Below are positions 19,203 through 26,812 of a stretch of DNA of 64,000 nucleotides, piece after piece; positions within the stretch are counted from its first letter, which is position 1; each line of letters starts with the position of its first letter. The translations under genes were made by a program, and so were the position numbers. Origin of the DNA: Bacteroidota bacterium (lineage in GTDB: Bacteria; Bacteroidota; Ignavibacteria; UBA10030; SZUA-254). The notes beneath the pieces are model-generated. The model was not told the DNA's origin. It saw only the letters and a list, made by a program, of their open reading frames with translations, and made no database searches. The stretch covers positions 2,362 through 66,361 of the forward strand of contig JAWOMQ010000175.1 of assembly GCA_033852415.1 (NCBI GenBank). The letters are read 5' to 3'.

Positions 19203-19362
19203 TACGGGAATGGACGATAAATAGAAACGTCACCGTGTAGTAGCACAGCTGCGACAGAAAAGACGTAAATGGGAGACTGAAATACTATGAAGACTCCTCC
19301 CCCAGGTTTGATATTCGGCACGTGATCGCTATATTGTATCGTTTTTCGACTCCCACTGAACA

Positions 19363-20718
19363 ATGGCATCAAACACATCAGAGAAACTCCTGCTTCGCGG
19401 CGGAACAATTGTCACCGCGGATTCTGCCGGCACAATAGTTTCGGGAGGATCAATACTCCTTGACCGTGGCCGCGTGGCATCTATCATACCCGCCGGCTCA
19501 TCCCCGCAAGTGCAACCCGGGACTGAGATCGTTGACCTCACAAACAAAGTGGTCATTCCCGGTTTCGTTCAAACACATCTCCACCTCTGCCAGGCACTGT
19601 TTCGCGGTCGCGCAGATGATATGGAGCTTTTGGAATGGCTGAAGCACCGGATCTTCCCGTTCGAAGCCGCGCATAACGCGGATTCGATGCGAGCTTCTAC
19701 CTGGCTTGCCCTTGCCGAGCTGATCCGCTCCGGAACGACGACTATTCTGGATATGGGAAGCGTCCATCACGAAGAAGAGATCATTAACGCCGTTGGCGAA
19801 TCGGGGATCCGTGCATTTGTCGGCAAGGCGATGATGGATCTTAACGATCTGTATCCCTCGTTGAAAGAATCCACAGCCGCGTCTTTGTCGACCACCCGAT
19901 CGCTTATCGACCGGTGGCATGCTTCGTATGATGGGAGGATTCGATACGCAATGGCCCCGCGCTTTGTACTTTCCTGCACCGACGATCTGCTGCATCAAAC
20001 CAAGGAAATGCTTGACCAGTATCCCGGAGTGCTCCTCCACATGCATGCATCGGAAAACAGCCACGAAATCGAAGCCGTGCGGAGCCGTACAGGTATGGAA
20101 AATATCGTGTTTCTCAATCATGCCGGATTACTCTCAAACCGCTCTTGTCTCGCTCACTGTATCCATCTCAACGATGAGGAGATCAGGATTTTGCAAACGA
20201 CCCGGGCAAACGTCACGCATTGTCCTTCTTCAAATCTGAAACTCGCTTCGGGTATTGCCCGGATCCCTCACCTTACAGAGAAAGGAATCAACGTCTCTCT
20301 CGGTGCCGATGGCGCTCCGTGCAATAACAGACTCGACATGTTTCGGGAAATGCGCCTCGCCTCGCTCCTTCAGAAACCGATTCATGGAGCGACATCCATG
20401 CCTGCAAAAACCGTTTTCGCAATGGCGACCATAGACGGCGCGAAAGCTCTTGGACTTGAGAATGAAATTGGGAGCATCGAGCCGGGCAAGAAGGCTGACC
20501 TTGTTGTTCTGGATCTGAATAACGTCTGGGACCCGTCAGATTCATCGGAGAATCCTTATTCAGCCATCGTCTATTCGGCGGGGCCGGAGAACGTTGATTC
20601 TGTTATGGTTGATGGGGAGTGGCTTTACAGAAAGAAGGAATTTCTGCGGCTCGATAAAGAAAAAATTGTTCTCGAGGCGCGCGCTCAGCTTAGCCGTTTG
20701 CTCGGAAGAATGCATTGA
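19363..20718 (+). CDS. metal-dependent amidohydrolase of the MtaD/SsnA/guanine-deaminase (COG0402) family
   Basis: IPGFVQTHLHLCQALFRGRADDMELLEWL... has the HxH metal motif, and later HASE and DGAPCNN motifs typical of this deaminase/chlorohydrolase clade. Confidence 0.75.
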   Translation: MASNTSEKLLLRGGTIVTADSAGTIVSGGSILLDRGRVASIIPAGSSPQVQPGTEIVDLTNKVVIPGFVQTHLHLCQALFRGRADDMELLEWLKHRIFPFEAAHNADSMRASTWLALAELIRSGTTTILDMGSVHHEEEIINAVGESGIRAFVGKAMMDLNDLYPSLKESTAASLSTTRSLIDRWHASYDGRIRYAMAPRFVLSCTDDLLHQTKEMLDQYPGVLLHMHASENSHEIEAVRSRTGMENIVFLNHAGLLSNRSCLAHCIHLNDEEIRILQTTRANVTHCPSSNLKLASGIARIPHLTEKGINVSLGADGAPCNNRLDMFREMRLASLLQKPIHGATSMPAKTVFAMATIDGAKALGLENEIGSIEPGKKADLVVLDLNNVWDPSDSSENPYSAIVYSAGPENVDSVMVDGEWLYRKKEFLRLDKEKIVLEARAQLSRLLGRMH

Positions 20719-22019
20719 CCAGAACTCTCAAGAGGCAGGAAGTCGAGTCGATAGTACGGCGTCAACCGGTGCACACAGTCTACGGAGGTGCACATCTATT
20801 TACCGCAGATATCGTTGCAAAGTTCCGTGACGCTTCCCTCAGGTCCCTGCAGGAATATGCGCCAACAGCCAGGCTGTTTGCCGCCGCAACCGGACTTCAG
20901 GGGGATTCATCGTTTCAGGAGAAGATCTACCGTCGTGTCCTTGCCAAGCTTGAACGTGAACCGGTCGAGGATTACCGAATCGATTTCGAGGATGGATTTG
21001 GTGACCGCTCGGAAAAGGAAGAAGATCACCACGCCACCCGCTGCGCTGTTGAGATGGCTGGTGCACAGACAACCAATCTGCTTCCTCCATTTATCGGAAT
21101 CAGGATCAAGCCGATAACCGGGCAGAGCTCCCGGCGTGCACTCAAGACATTGAATCTCTTTGTGTCCACACTCCTCGGACATTCCGGCGGAAAACTTCCT
21201 CCGGGATTTGTTGTTACCCTGCCGAAGATCTCTTCACGCGGACAAGCGGCAAGATTGACCAAATCATTGCGGCTGATGGAATCGAGGCTTCATCTCTCCC
21301 CCGGTTCCCTGAAATTTGAAATCATGGTGGAGTCTCCCCGCCTCTTCGACGGTAACCGATCGCTCCTTTCGGAGATCGTCCGTGAAAGCCGGGGCCGGTG
21401 TGTCGGCGCACATTTTGGTCCCTTCGACTATACCGCATCTCTCGGCGTTGCCGCCTCTCACCAACGCCTCGATCACCCGGCGTGCGATGTGGCGAGGGTG
21501 CTCATGCAGGTGGCGCTGGCGGGAAGCGGTGTCTTTCTCTCGGATGGCCCTACCAATCTGTTGCCTGTCGGGCCGCATCGCATGGAAAAAGGTAAACCAC
21601 TGACTGCGGGGCAGAAAAGGGAAAACAGGCGCGTCGTTCAGAATGCCTGGCGCCTCAGTTTTCAGAATATCAGAAGGGCTCTTGACGGGGGATTTTACCA
21701 GGGCTGGGATCTCCACCCGGCTCAGCTGCCGGTGCGTTATGCCGCGGTGTTTTCCTTCTTCCTTGAAGAAATGACTGCCGCCTCAGACCGGCTTAATAAT
21801 TTTCTCGCAAAAAATGCCCGCCCTACCATGAGTCTTGATATCTTCGATGATGCCGCAAGCGGAAGAGGCTTATTTAATTTCTTCCAACGAGGCATATGGT
21901 GCGGTGCGTTCAGCAAAGAAGATTTGCAAAACGTAAACGTTGATGAAGCGCAGCTCACCTCGGGTACTTTTGAGAATGTTGTGGTCGCGTCCAGAGGACG
22001 GACGAGAAACCGGGCATAG
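20715..22019 (+). CDS. HpcH/HpaI aldolase-citrate lyase beta (CitE)-like TIM-barrel protein with N- and C-terminal extensions
   Basis: DFEDGFG (cf. DLEDAVA), IGIRIKPITGQ, VVTLPKISS, KFEIMVESP and GAHFGPFDYTASLG follow the CitE/HpcH block order. No in-frame ATG near the start, so it uses TTG at 20715 or GTG at 20769. It overlaps the amidohydrolase stop. Confidence 0.45.
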   Translation: MTRTLKRQEVESIVRRQPVHTVYGGAHLFTADIVAKFRDASLRSLQEYAPTARLFAAATGLQGDSSFQEKIYRRVLAKLEREPVEDYRIDFEDGFGDRSEKEEDHHATRCAVEMAGAQTTNLLPPFIGIRIKPITGQSSRRALKTLNLFVSTLLGHSGGKLPPGFVVTLPKISSRGQAARLTKSLRLMESRLHLSPGSLKFEIMVESPRLFDGNRSLLSEIVRESRGRCVGAHFGPFDYTASLGVAASHQRLDHPACDVARVLMQVALAGSGVFLSDGPTNLLPVGPHRMEKGKPLTAGQKRENRRVVQNAWRLSFQNIRRALDGGFYQGWDLHPAQLPVRYAAVFSFFLEEMTAASDRLNNFLAKNARPTMSLDIFDDAASGRGLFNFFQRGIWCGAFSKEDLQNVNVDEAQLTSGTFENVVVASRGRTRNRA

Positions 22020-22152
22020 GAAGCGACACGACCGAAACTCGTACCAGGACCCTCAGCGAAGAGCTGCAAATCAGAAGGAAAACGCAGGGTATGAAAGTTT
22101 GGACAAGAGGATTTTGCCGCCTATATTGATGAGGTGATCATTCAATCATCGT

Positions 22153-22617
22153 ATGATTTGTGGAATTGTTCTTGCATCGGTAAAAACGTCTGGTTCGGTC
22201 GAGCTTTCCAATGTGCTGCGGGCTTTGACGGATTCCAGGGTTCAAGAGGCAGTGGTGATTACCCCCGAACGAGGTGATTGGCTGGTTTCCGGTTCAAACG
22301 GAGTTGAGGGATCTGTTCTCCCGGTCTCGGAAATCCGTGATGCAATGGCCGGCATAAAGGAAATTGAGCTCCATGGGGTAGTCATATGTTCACTAAACGA
22401 ATCTTCCGCACGGCGGGATCATATCATAGACCTTCTGCAGTCGTTCTGGAAATCGGACGTAAAGGCTGTATTCACACAGAAAGACTCGCAGACCGTCTTC
22501 CCAATAGTCGTCGAAGCCTCCGCATTGCGCGAACTCTGCAAGCGGACCGAAGATATTTCCTTGAACGAACTCTCTTTACTTTACGCTAAGAGCTCTGCAA
22601 TCTGTGAGTATCACTAA
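22153..22617 (+). CDS. hypothetical protein, possibly a degenerate MobA-like nucleotidyltransferase fold
   Basis: N-terminus GIVLASVKTSGS loosely parallels MobA GVILAGGKSSRMG but lacks the Gly/Arg P-loop. It sits immediately upstream of moeA. Confidence 0.3.
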   Translation: MICGIVLASVKTSGSVELSNVLRALTDSRVQEAVVITPERGDWLVSGSNGVEGSVLPVSEIRDAMAGIKEIELHGVVICSLNESSARRDHIIDLLQSFWKSDVKAVFTQKDSQTVFPIVVEASALRELCKRTEDISLNELSLLYAKSSAICEYH

Positions 22618-22635
22618 CAGTATCGCGAATGGATT

Positions 22636-23844
22636 GTGCGACGCATGGTATCATCGAAAGAAGCGCTGGATATAATTCTGAACAACGTTGCGGTTTCCAC
22701 GCCGGTCACGGTATCACTCGGAGATTCGCTTGGATATTCGCTGGCGGTGGATATCCGTGCTGAGGAAAATGTGCCTTCGTTCGATAATGCGGCTATGGAC
22801 GGATTTGCAGTACTTGCAGAAGATACTCTTAATGCGCCGCGTTCGCTTAATCTCGTTGGGGAAATCGCAGCGGGTTCATCATCCACTCCCGCACTGAAGC
22901 CGGGTGAAGCTATCCGGATTATGACTGGTGCGCCAATCCCCGAACATTGCAGTGCTGTGGTGCAGCAGGAATGGACCACACAGGGTGGCGAAGCATCTGT
23001 GACGATTGGCCGCACTGTTTCGCCCGGACACAATATCCGCAAAGCCGGAACAGATATCGCCCGGGGGGCAGTCGTTTTCACGCAGGGGTGGTTAATCCGC
23101 CCTCAGGAAATTGGAGTGCTTGCATCGATAGGGAAACAATTTGTTCAGGTTTTCAGGAAGCCACGGATTGCCATTCTTGCGACGGGGAATGAGCTCGTCG
23201 AAATCGACAGGTCTCCCGGCCCGGGGAAAATCCGGAACAGCAATGCGCACCTTCTCTCCGCCCTGGTCCGGCAAACCGGATGCGAAGCGATTCTTTGCCC
23301 CATTGCAAGAGACGATGCGGACGATTTGAAATCAAAGATAAAAGACGGACTTCGGGCCGACATCTTAATTTCCACCGGCGGCGTCTCGGTGGGCAAGTAC
23401 GATCTTGTCTGCAAAGCGCTCGAGGACCTTGGTGTTGAGATTCTTTTCCGGAAAGTGAACATCAAACCGGGCATGCCGCTCGTGTTTGGAAAGTGTGGTT
23501 CCACGCTCGTCTTTGGGCTGCCGGGCAATCCGGTTTCCACAGCGATAACATTTATGCAATTCGTTCGTCCGGCGATTGACGCGAAGTGCGGCCGGAAGGA
23601 CCAATCTGCAAAACTTGAGCTGCGGGCAAAACTTGCAAGGGAGATAACCAAATCGGATGGCAAGAGGCATTTTATCCGCGGCATCCTGGAAAACGATGCC
23701 GGCGGTCTGGTTGTCGATATTGCGGGATCACAAGTTTCCAATATCCTCACTTCGCTGACGAAAGCAAACTGCCTCATCGTTGTTCCTGAAGATGTCGGAC
23801 ATTATTCAGCCGGGGATGACGTGCGAGTGGAGTTGATGATATGA
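22636..23844 (+). CDS. moeA: molybdopterin molybdenumtransferase MoeA
   Basis: N-terminal EALDIILNNV...LGYSLAVDI...FDNAAMDGFAV and the GGVSVGKYDLV motif. ~400 aa. Confidence 0.85.
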   Translation: MRRMVSSKEALDIILNNVAVSTPVTVSLGDSLGYSLAVDIRAEENVPSFDNAAMDGFAVLAEDTLNAPRSLNLVGEIAAGSSSTPALKPGEAIRIMTGAPIPEHCSAVVQQEWTTQGGEASVTIGRTVSPGHNIRKAGTDIARGAVVFTQGWLIRPQEIGVLASIGKQFVQVFRKPRIAILATGNELVEIDRSPGPGKIRNSNAHLLSALVRQTGCEAILCPIARDDADDLKSKIKDGLRADILISTGGVSVGKYDLVCKALEDLGVEILFRKVNIKPGMPLVFGKCGSTLVFGLPGNPVSTAITFMQFVRPAIDAKCGRKDQSAKLELRAKLAREITKSDGKRHFIRGILENDAGGLVVDIAGSQVSNILTSLTKANCLIVVPEDVGHYSAGDDVRVELMI

Positions 23845-24086
23845 GGATTCAGGTGAAATTGTTCGCCATGGCACGGGAAGAGGTCGGTTCATCGGAATTG
23901 TCCCTTGAATTACCGCCCGGTTCCACTGCCCAGGCGATGCTCGAAATTCTGTGTGCGTCGTACCCGCGGCTGAAACCATTGCACAAACACCTGCGTATTG
24001 CTGTCAACAGGGAATTCGTAAAGCCGGACTGGCAGCTCTCCGAACAAGACGAAGTTGCAGTCATTCCTCCGGTGAGCGGTGGATAG
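23841..24086 (+). CDS. moaD: molybdopterin synthase sulfur-carrier subunit MoaD
   Basis: 81 aa ending in the C-terminal Gly-Gly (...PPVSGG). ATGA overlap with moeA. Confidence 0.8.
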   Translation: MRIQVKLFAMAREEVGSSELSLELPPGSTAQAMLEILCASYPRLKPLHKHLRIAVNREFVKPDWQLSEQDEVAVIPPVSGG

Positions 24087-24094
24087 AGGATCGC

Positions 24095-24523
24095 ATGATT
24101 GCTATTGTCCCTGATCCGATCAATGTGCTTCAGGTTGTGGAAAGTGTCATTGACCCTGCAGCGGGAGCAATCGATATTTTTATCGGGACGTCCCGCAATA
24201 TTTCTCATGGGAAAAAAGTACTCTACCTTGAGTATGAGGCATACCTCCCGATGGCCACAGAGTTCCTTGATCGCATCGCGGCGACGGCATCGGAACGGTG
24301 GGGGACCCGAAAGATTTCAATTGTTCACCGGACCGGCAGGGTTGGTCTTGGCGAGTCGAGCGTAGTCGTTGCAGTATCCGCTGCTCACCGCCGCGAAGCA
24401 TTTGAAGCGTGTCGCTATATTATCGATACGCTCAAGGAAGATGTCCCGATATGGAAGAAGGAGCACTTCGAGGACGGAGAAGTGTGGGCAGGGAGGGAGG
24501 GATCGACAATTACTCCAGAATAA
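24095..24523 (+). CDS. moaE: molybdopterin synthase catalytic subunit MoaE
   Basis: Start at the internal ATG (MIAIVPDPINV...), 9 nt after the moaD stop. MoaE-like ...IFIGTSRN...LEYEAY...IWKKEHFEDGEVW. Confidence 0.75.
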   Translation: MIAIVPDPINVLQVVESVIDPAAGAIDIFIGTSRNISHGKKVLYLEYEAYLPMATEFLDRIAATASERWGTRKISIVHRTGRVGLGESSVVVAVSAAHRREAFEACRYIIDTLKEDVPIWKKEHFEDGEVWAGREGSTITPE

Positions 24524-24581
24524 CCGCCAAAAGTGCTGTTCTTCAGGCGTCATTCCTTAATAAAATTTAATTGTGGTTTCA

Positions 24582-24612
24582 TTGGAAATGATTGCACCTT
24601 TCTATACCTTTG
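24582..24612 (+). promoter_or_regulatory. candidate Bacteroidota/Chlorobi-type promoter (-33 TTG, 20-nt spacer, -7 TAccTTTG) upstream of the Met-rich gene
   Basis: TTG at 24582..24584 and TAnnTTTG-type element TACCTTTG at 24605..24612, about 60 nt upstream of the ATG at 24676. Confidence 0.3.
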
Positions 24613-24675
24613 TATCGTAAAATCTATCGGATATCAACCTATCAAAATCACATGTTCAACGAGGAGAGTACCAAA

Positions 24676-25116
24676 ATGAAGAAGATTTTTGTTGTAGCGG
24701 CAGTTCTTTTCGCTTTCGTCGCACTGCAAAGCCGTCTGTTCGCACAGGATCAGCCTGCAGAGAAGAAGGACCAAACGATGGAGAAGGCCGGCCAGACGCA
24801 GGAAAAGGCGGGCGAGATGAAAGAAAAAGCCGGTGAGATGAAGGAAAAGACCGGTGAGAAGATGGAAAAGACCGGCACGAAAATGGAGAAAAAGGGAGAG
24901 ATGATGGAGAAGACCGGCGAAAAGAAAGGTAAGGAGGGAATGGAAAAAGCCGGGACGAAGATGGAGAAGAAGGGTAAAATGGTAATGAAGAAGGGCGAAA
25001 AGATGGAGCACAAGGGGATGAAGATGGAAAAGAAGGGCGCAAAGATGGAAAAGAAAGGCGAGAAGATGGAGAAGAAAGGTGAAGGCGCCGAACCCGAGAA
25101 GAAAGACAACAACTAA
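24676..25116 (+). CDS. secreted methionine-rich tandem-repeat protein (MrpX-like Met-oxidation sink)
   Basis: SD gaggag and signal peptide MKKIFVVAAVLFAFVALQSRLFAQ. The mature part is essentially repeats of (K/T)MEKKGE with >25 Met. A strong terminator follows. Confidence 0.7.
   Translation: MKKIFVVAAVLFAFVALQSRLFAQDQPAEKKDQTMEKAGQTQEKAGEMKEKAGEMKEKTGEKMEKTGTKMEKKGEMMEKTGEKKGKEGMEKAGTKMEKKGKMVMKKGEKMEHKGMKMEKKGAKMEKKGEKMEKKGEGAEPEKKDNN
24778..25083 (+). repeat. about 15 imperfect tandem 21-bp (7-codon) coding repeats inside the Met-rich gene
   Basis: Units like atgaaagaaaaagccggtgag / atgaaggaaaagaccggtgag / aagatggaaaagaccggc... repeat throughout. They explain the three spurious antisense ORFs in this interval. 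Confidence 0.8.
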
Positions 25117-25140
25117 CTCTTTTGTCCATAGGTTGTAAGC

Positions 25141-25179
25141 GAAAGCGGTGTTGACAGCACCGCTTTCTTTGTTTATATT
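25141..25179 (+). terminator. intrinsic terminator after the Met-rich gene
   Basis: Perfect 10-bp stem GAAAGCGGTG / CACCGCTTTC with loop TTGACAG, followed by TTTGTTTATATT. Confidence 0.7.
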
Positions 25180-25202
25180 AATCTGTAAAGCATTGAATCA
25201 TC

Positions 25203-25934
25203 ATGCCATCAGATCAGAAGAGTGTTCTTCGGCCGTCCGGTTTTTCCTCTACCAGAAGAAAGATAATCTCGTTCGCGCCGCTTGTTCTCCTTGTTGGGTG
25301 TGACTACGATGGCGGGTCAGGATCGACCTCCTTTCTACGCCTTTTCCAGCGCTTCAACGATTGGGTCCAGGCAAAAGTGTTCGATTCTGCAAAGCTTTCT
25401 CCCGAATATGCAGATAACGAGCTTACACCGGAAAGCGGGTTCAGGGTTAACGATTATGATACCGACACACCGGACATTGATCTCGCTTCGTGGACACTCA
25501 GTGTGGATGGACTCGTATCAAAGCCCGGAGAGTACACGCTCCAGCAGATCAAAGATCTCCCGAAACGGGTGATGAACACGCGTCATTGTTGTGTTGAAGG
25601 GTGGAGCATGATCCCCCGGTGGGGCGGAGCGGTCCTCAAGGATTTTCTTGATCTCGCCGGCGCAGACATGAATGCGAAATTTGTGAGTGTGGAGTGTGGG
25701 GATGATTACTACACCTCGTTCGACATGCCAAGCATCCTCCATCCGCAAACACTCCTTTGCTATGAAGCGTACGATAAGCCGATTTCGCTCGAACATGGTG
25801 CGCCCGTGCGGATTGTCATGCCCACGAAACTCGGTTACAAAAGCGCCAAATGGATCACGAAGCTTACTGTCACCAACGATAAGCCAGGCGGTTACTGGGA
25901 AGATCAGGGGTATGATTGGTTCGCGGGATTGTAA
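25203..25934 (+). CDS. msrP: Tat-exported sulfite-oxidase-family molybdoenzyme, MsrP/YedY-type (periplasmic methionine sulfoxide reductase catalytic subunit)
   Basis: Twin-arginine motif TRRKIIS plus lipobox LLVGC. Mo-ligand cysteine context NTRHCCVEGWS. C-terminal PVRIVMPTKLGYKSAKWI...GGYWEDQGYDW, as in YedY. Confidence 0.75.
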   Translation: MPSDQKSVLRPSGFSSTRRKIISFAPLVLLVGCDYDGGSGSTSFLRLFQRFNDWVQAKVFDSAKLSPEYADNELTPESGFRVNDYDTDTPDIDLASWTLSVDGLVSKPGEYTLQQIKDLPKRVMNTRHCCVEGWSMIPRWGGAVLKDFLDLAGADMNAKFVSVECGDDYYTSFDMPSILHPQTLLCYEAYDKPISLEHGAPVRIVMPTKLGYKSAKWITKLTVTNDKPGGYWEDQGYDWFAGL

Positions 25935-26162
25935 ATGATGCGTTGGCTTGCCATACTTCTGACCTGCCTCATTTTCAACGCCTGCCAGTCTAAACCGAAT
26001 GACACTGTTGTTGTCGTCGACAAGACCAAAATATTTCACAGAAGCTCCTGCCCCAGGGTCTCTATGGCGAATACCAGGATTATGAGTATACAGGATGCGC
26101 TGGCATTGCACTTCAAACCGTGCCCCGACTGCAGACCGGGTTCAGGAGGGGCGCCCGAATGA
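25935..26162 (+). CDS. small lipoprotein with an Ada-N-terminal-type zinc ribbon (H-x3-C...C-x2-C)
   Basis: Starts 1 nt after the msrP stop and overlaps the next gene by ATGA. Lipobox LIFNAC. TKIFHRSSCPRV...IQDALALHFKPCPDCRP aligns with E. coli Ada TGIFCRPSCRAR...SEALAAGFRPCKRCQP. Confidence 0.6.
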   Translation: MMRWLAILLTCLIFNACQSKPNDTVVVVDKTKIFHRSSCPRVSMANTRIMSIQDALALHFKPCPDCRPGSGGAPE

Positions 26163-26788
26163 TCCGGAAAGAGTTTCAGCATCCGTTTATCATACGGTGT
26201 ACCCACTGGGTAAATGTGATCGCACTGGCTATCATGGTTACAAGCGGTTTGCGGATTTATAATGCATCGCCAATCTGGAGCTTTCAAATTCCCGCAGCAT
26301 TTACGTTTGGCGGCTGGCTTGCCGGGGCGCGCCAGTGGCATTTTTTTGCAATGTGGCTTTTTGCCGTGAACGGAGTTGTCTGGATCCTCTATAATATTAT
26401 CAGCAAACACGGCCGCATGACCACGCTCTTTCGCACTCAGGATTTCAGTGGTCTGGGACCGATGATTCTCTATTACCTCCGGATTCAGAAAGTCCACCCA
26501 CCAGTAAAAAAGTATAATGCGCTGCAAAAGCTGGCCTATACCACAATCCCTCTTGCCGCACTTGGGGTGATCCTCTCGGGAGTGGCGATCTACTGGCCGG
26601 TTCAATTCCAGTTTGTTACACGGCTGTTCGGCAGTTACGATGTCGCCCGTGTCTGGCATTTCGTCTGCATGAGCGTTCTCGTCTTGTTTTTTGTCGGACA
26701 TCTTTTTATGGTTGTTGTATCCGGCTGGAGCAATTTTCTTTCCATTATTACCGGCTGGAAAAAAGCTGCTGAACCCGGTGAAGAATAG
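26159..26788 (+). CDS. di-haem cytochrome b, PF01292-type (cytochrome b561/hydrogenase cytochrome b family), probable membrane electron donor for MsrP
   Basis: Four TM helices with conserved His in RCTHWVNV, QWHFFAMW, RVWHFVCM and FVGHLFMV. Translationally coupled to the upstream genes. Confidence 0.65.
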   Translation: MIRKEFQHPFIIRCTHWVNVIALAIMVTSGLRIYNASPIWSFQIPAAFTFGGWLAGARQWHFFAMWLFAVNGVVWILYNIISKHGRMTTLFRTQDFSGLGPMILYYLRIQKVHPPVKKYNALQKLAYTTIPLAALGVILSGVAIYWPVQFQFVTRLFGSYDVARVWHFVCMSVLVLFFVGHLFMVVVSGWSNFLSIITGWKKAAEPGEE

Positions 26789-26812
26789 AGGTTTGACATT
26801 ACGAAAGAGACT

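Noticed and set aside
22020-22152. Possible Moco riboswitch upstream of the moeA-moaD-moaE string.
   Set aside because: The 130-nt spacer is too short for the ~140-nt Moco RNA motif, and no conserved elements were recognisable by eye. It would need an Infernal scan.
23951-24094. 5' extension of the moaE ORF overlapping the end of moaD.
   Set aside because: It overlaps moaD in another frame. MoaE homology starts at MIAIVPD (24095), 9 nt after the moaD stop.
24778-25083. A regular short tandem repeat array, which could resemble a CRISPR-like or minisatellite locus.
   Set aside because: The repeats are contiguous 21-bp coding units with no unique spacers, no cas genes are nearby, and they sit inside a signal-peptide ORF. 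They are a coding repeat, not a CRISPR array.
24634-25129. Three antisense ORFs (24634..25011, 24656..25129, 24750..25112) encoding Leu/Phe/Ser/Pro-rich low-complexity proteins.
   Set aside because: They are reading-frame artefacts of the 21-bp AAG/GAG-rich tandem repeats of the Met-rich gene. Only the sense frame has an RBS, signal peptide and terminator.
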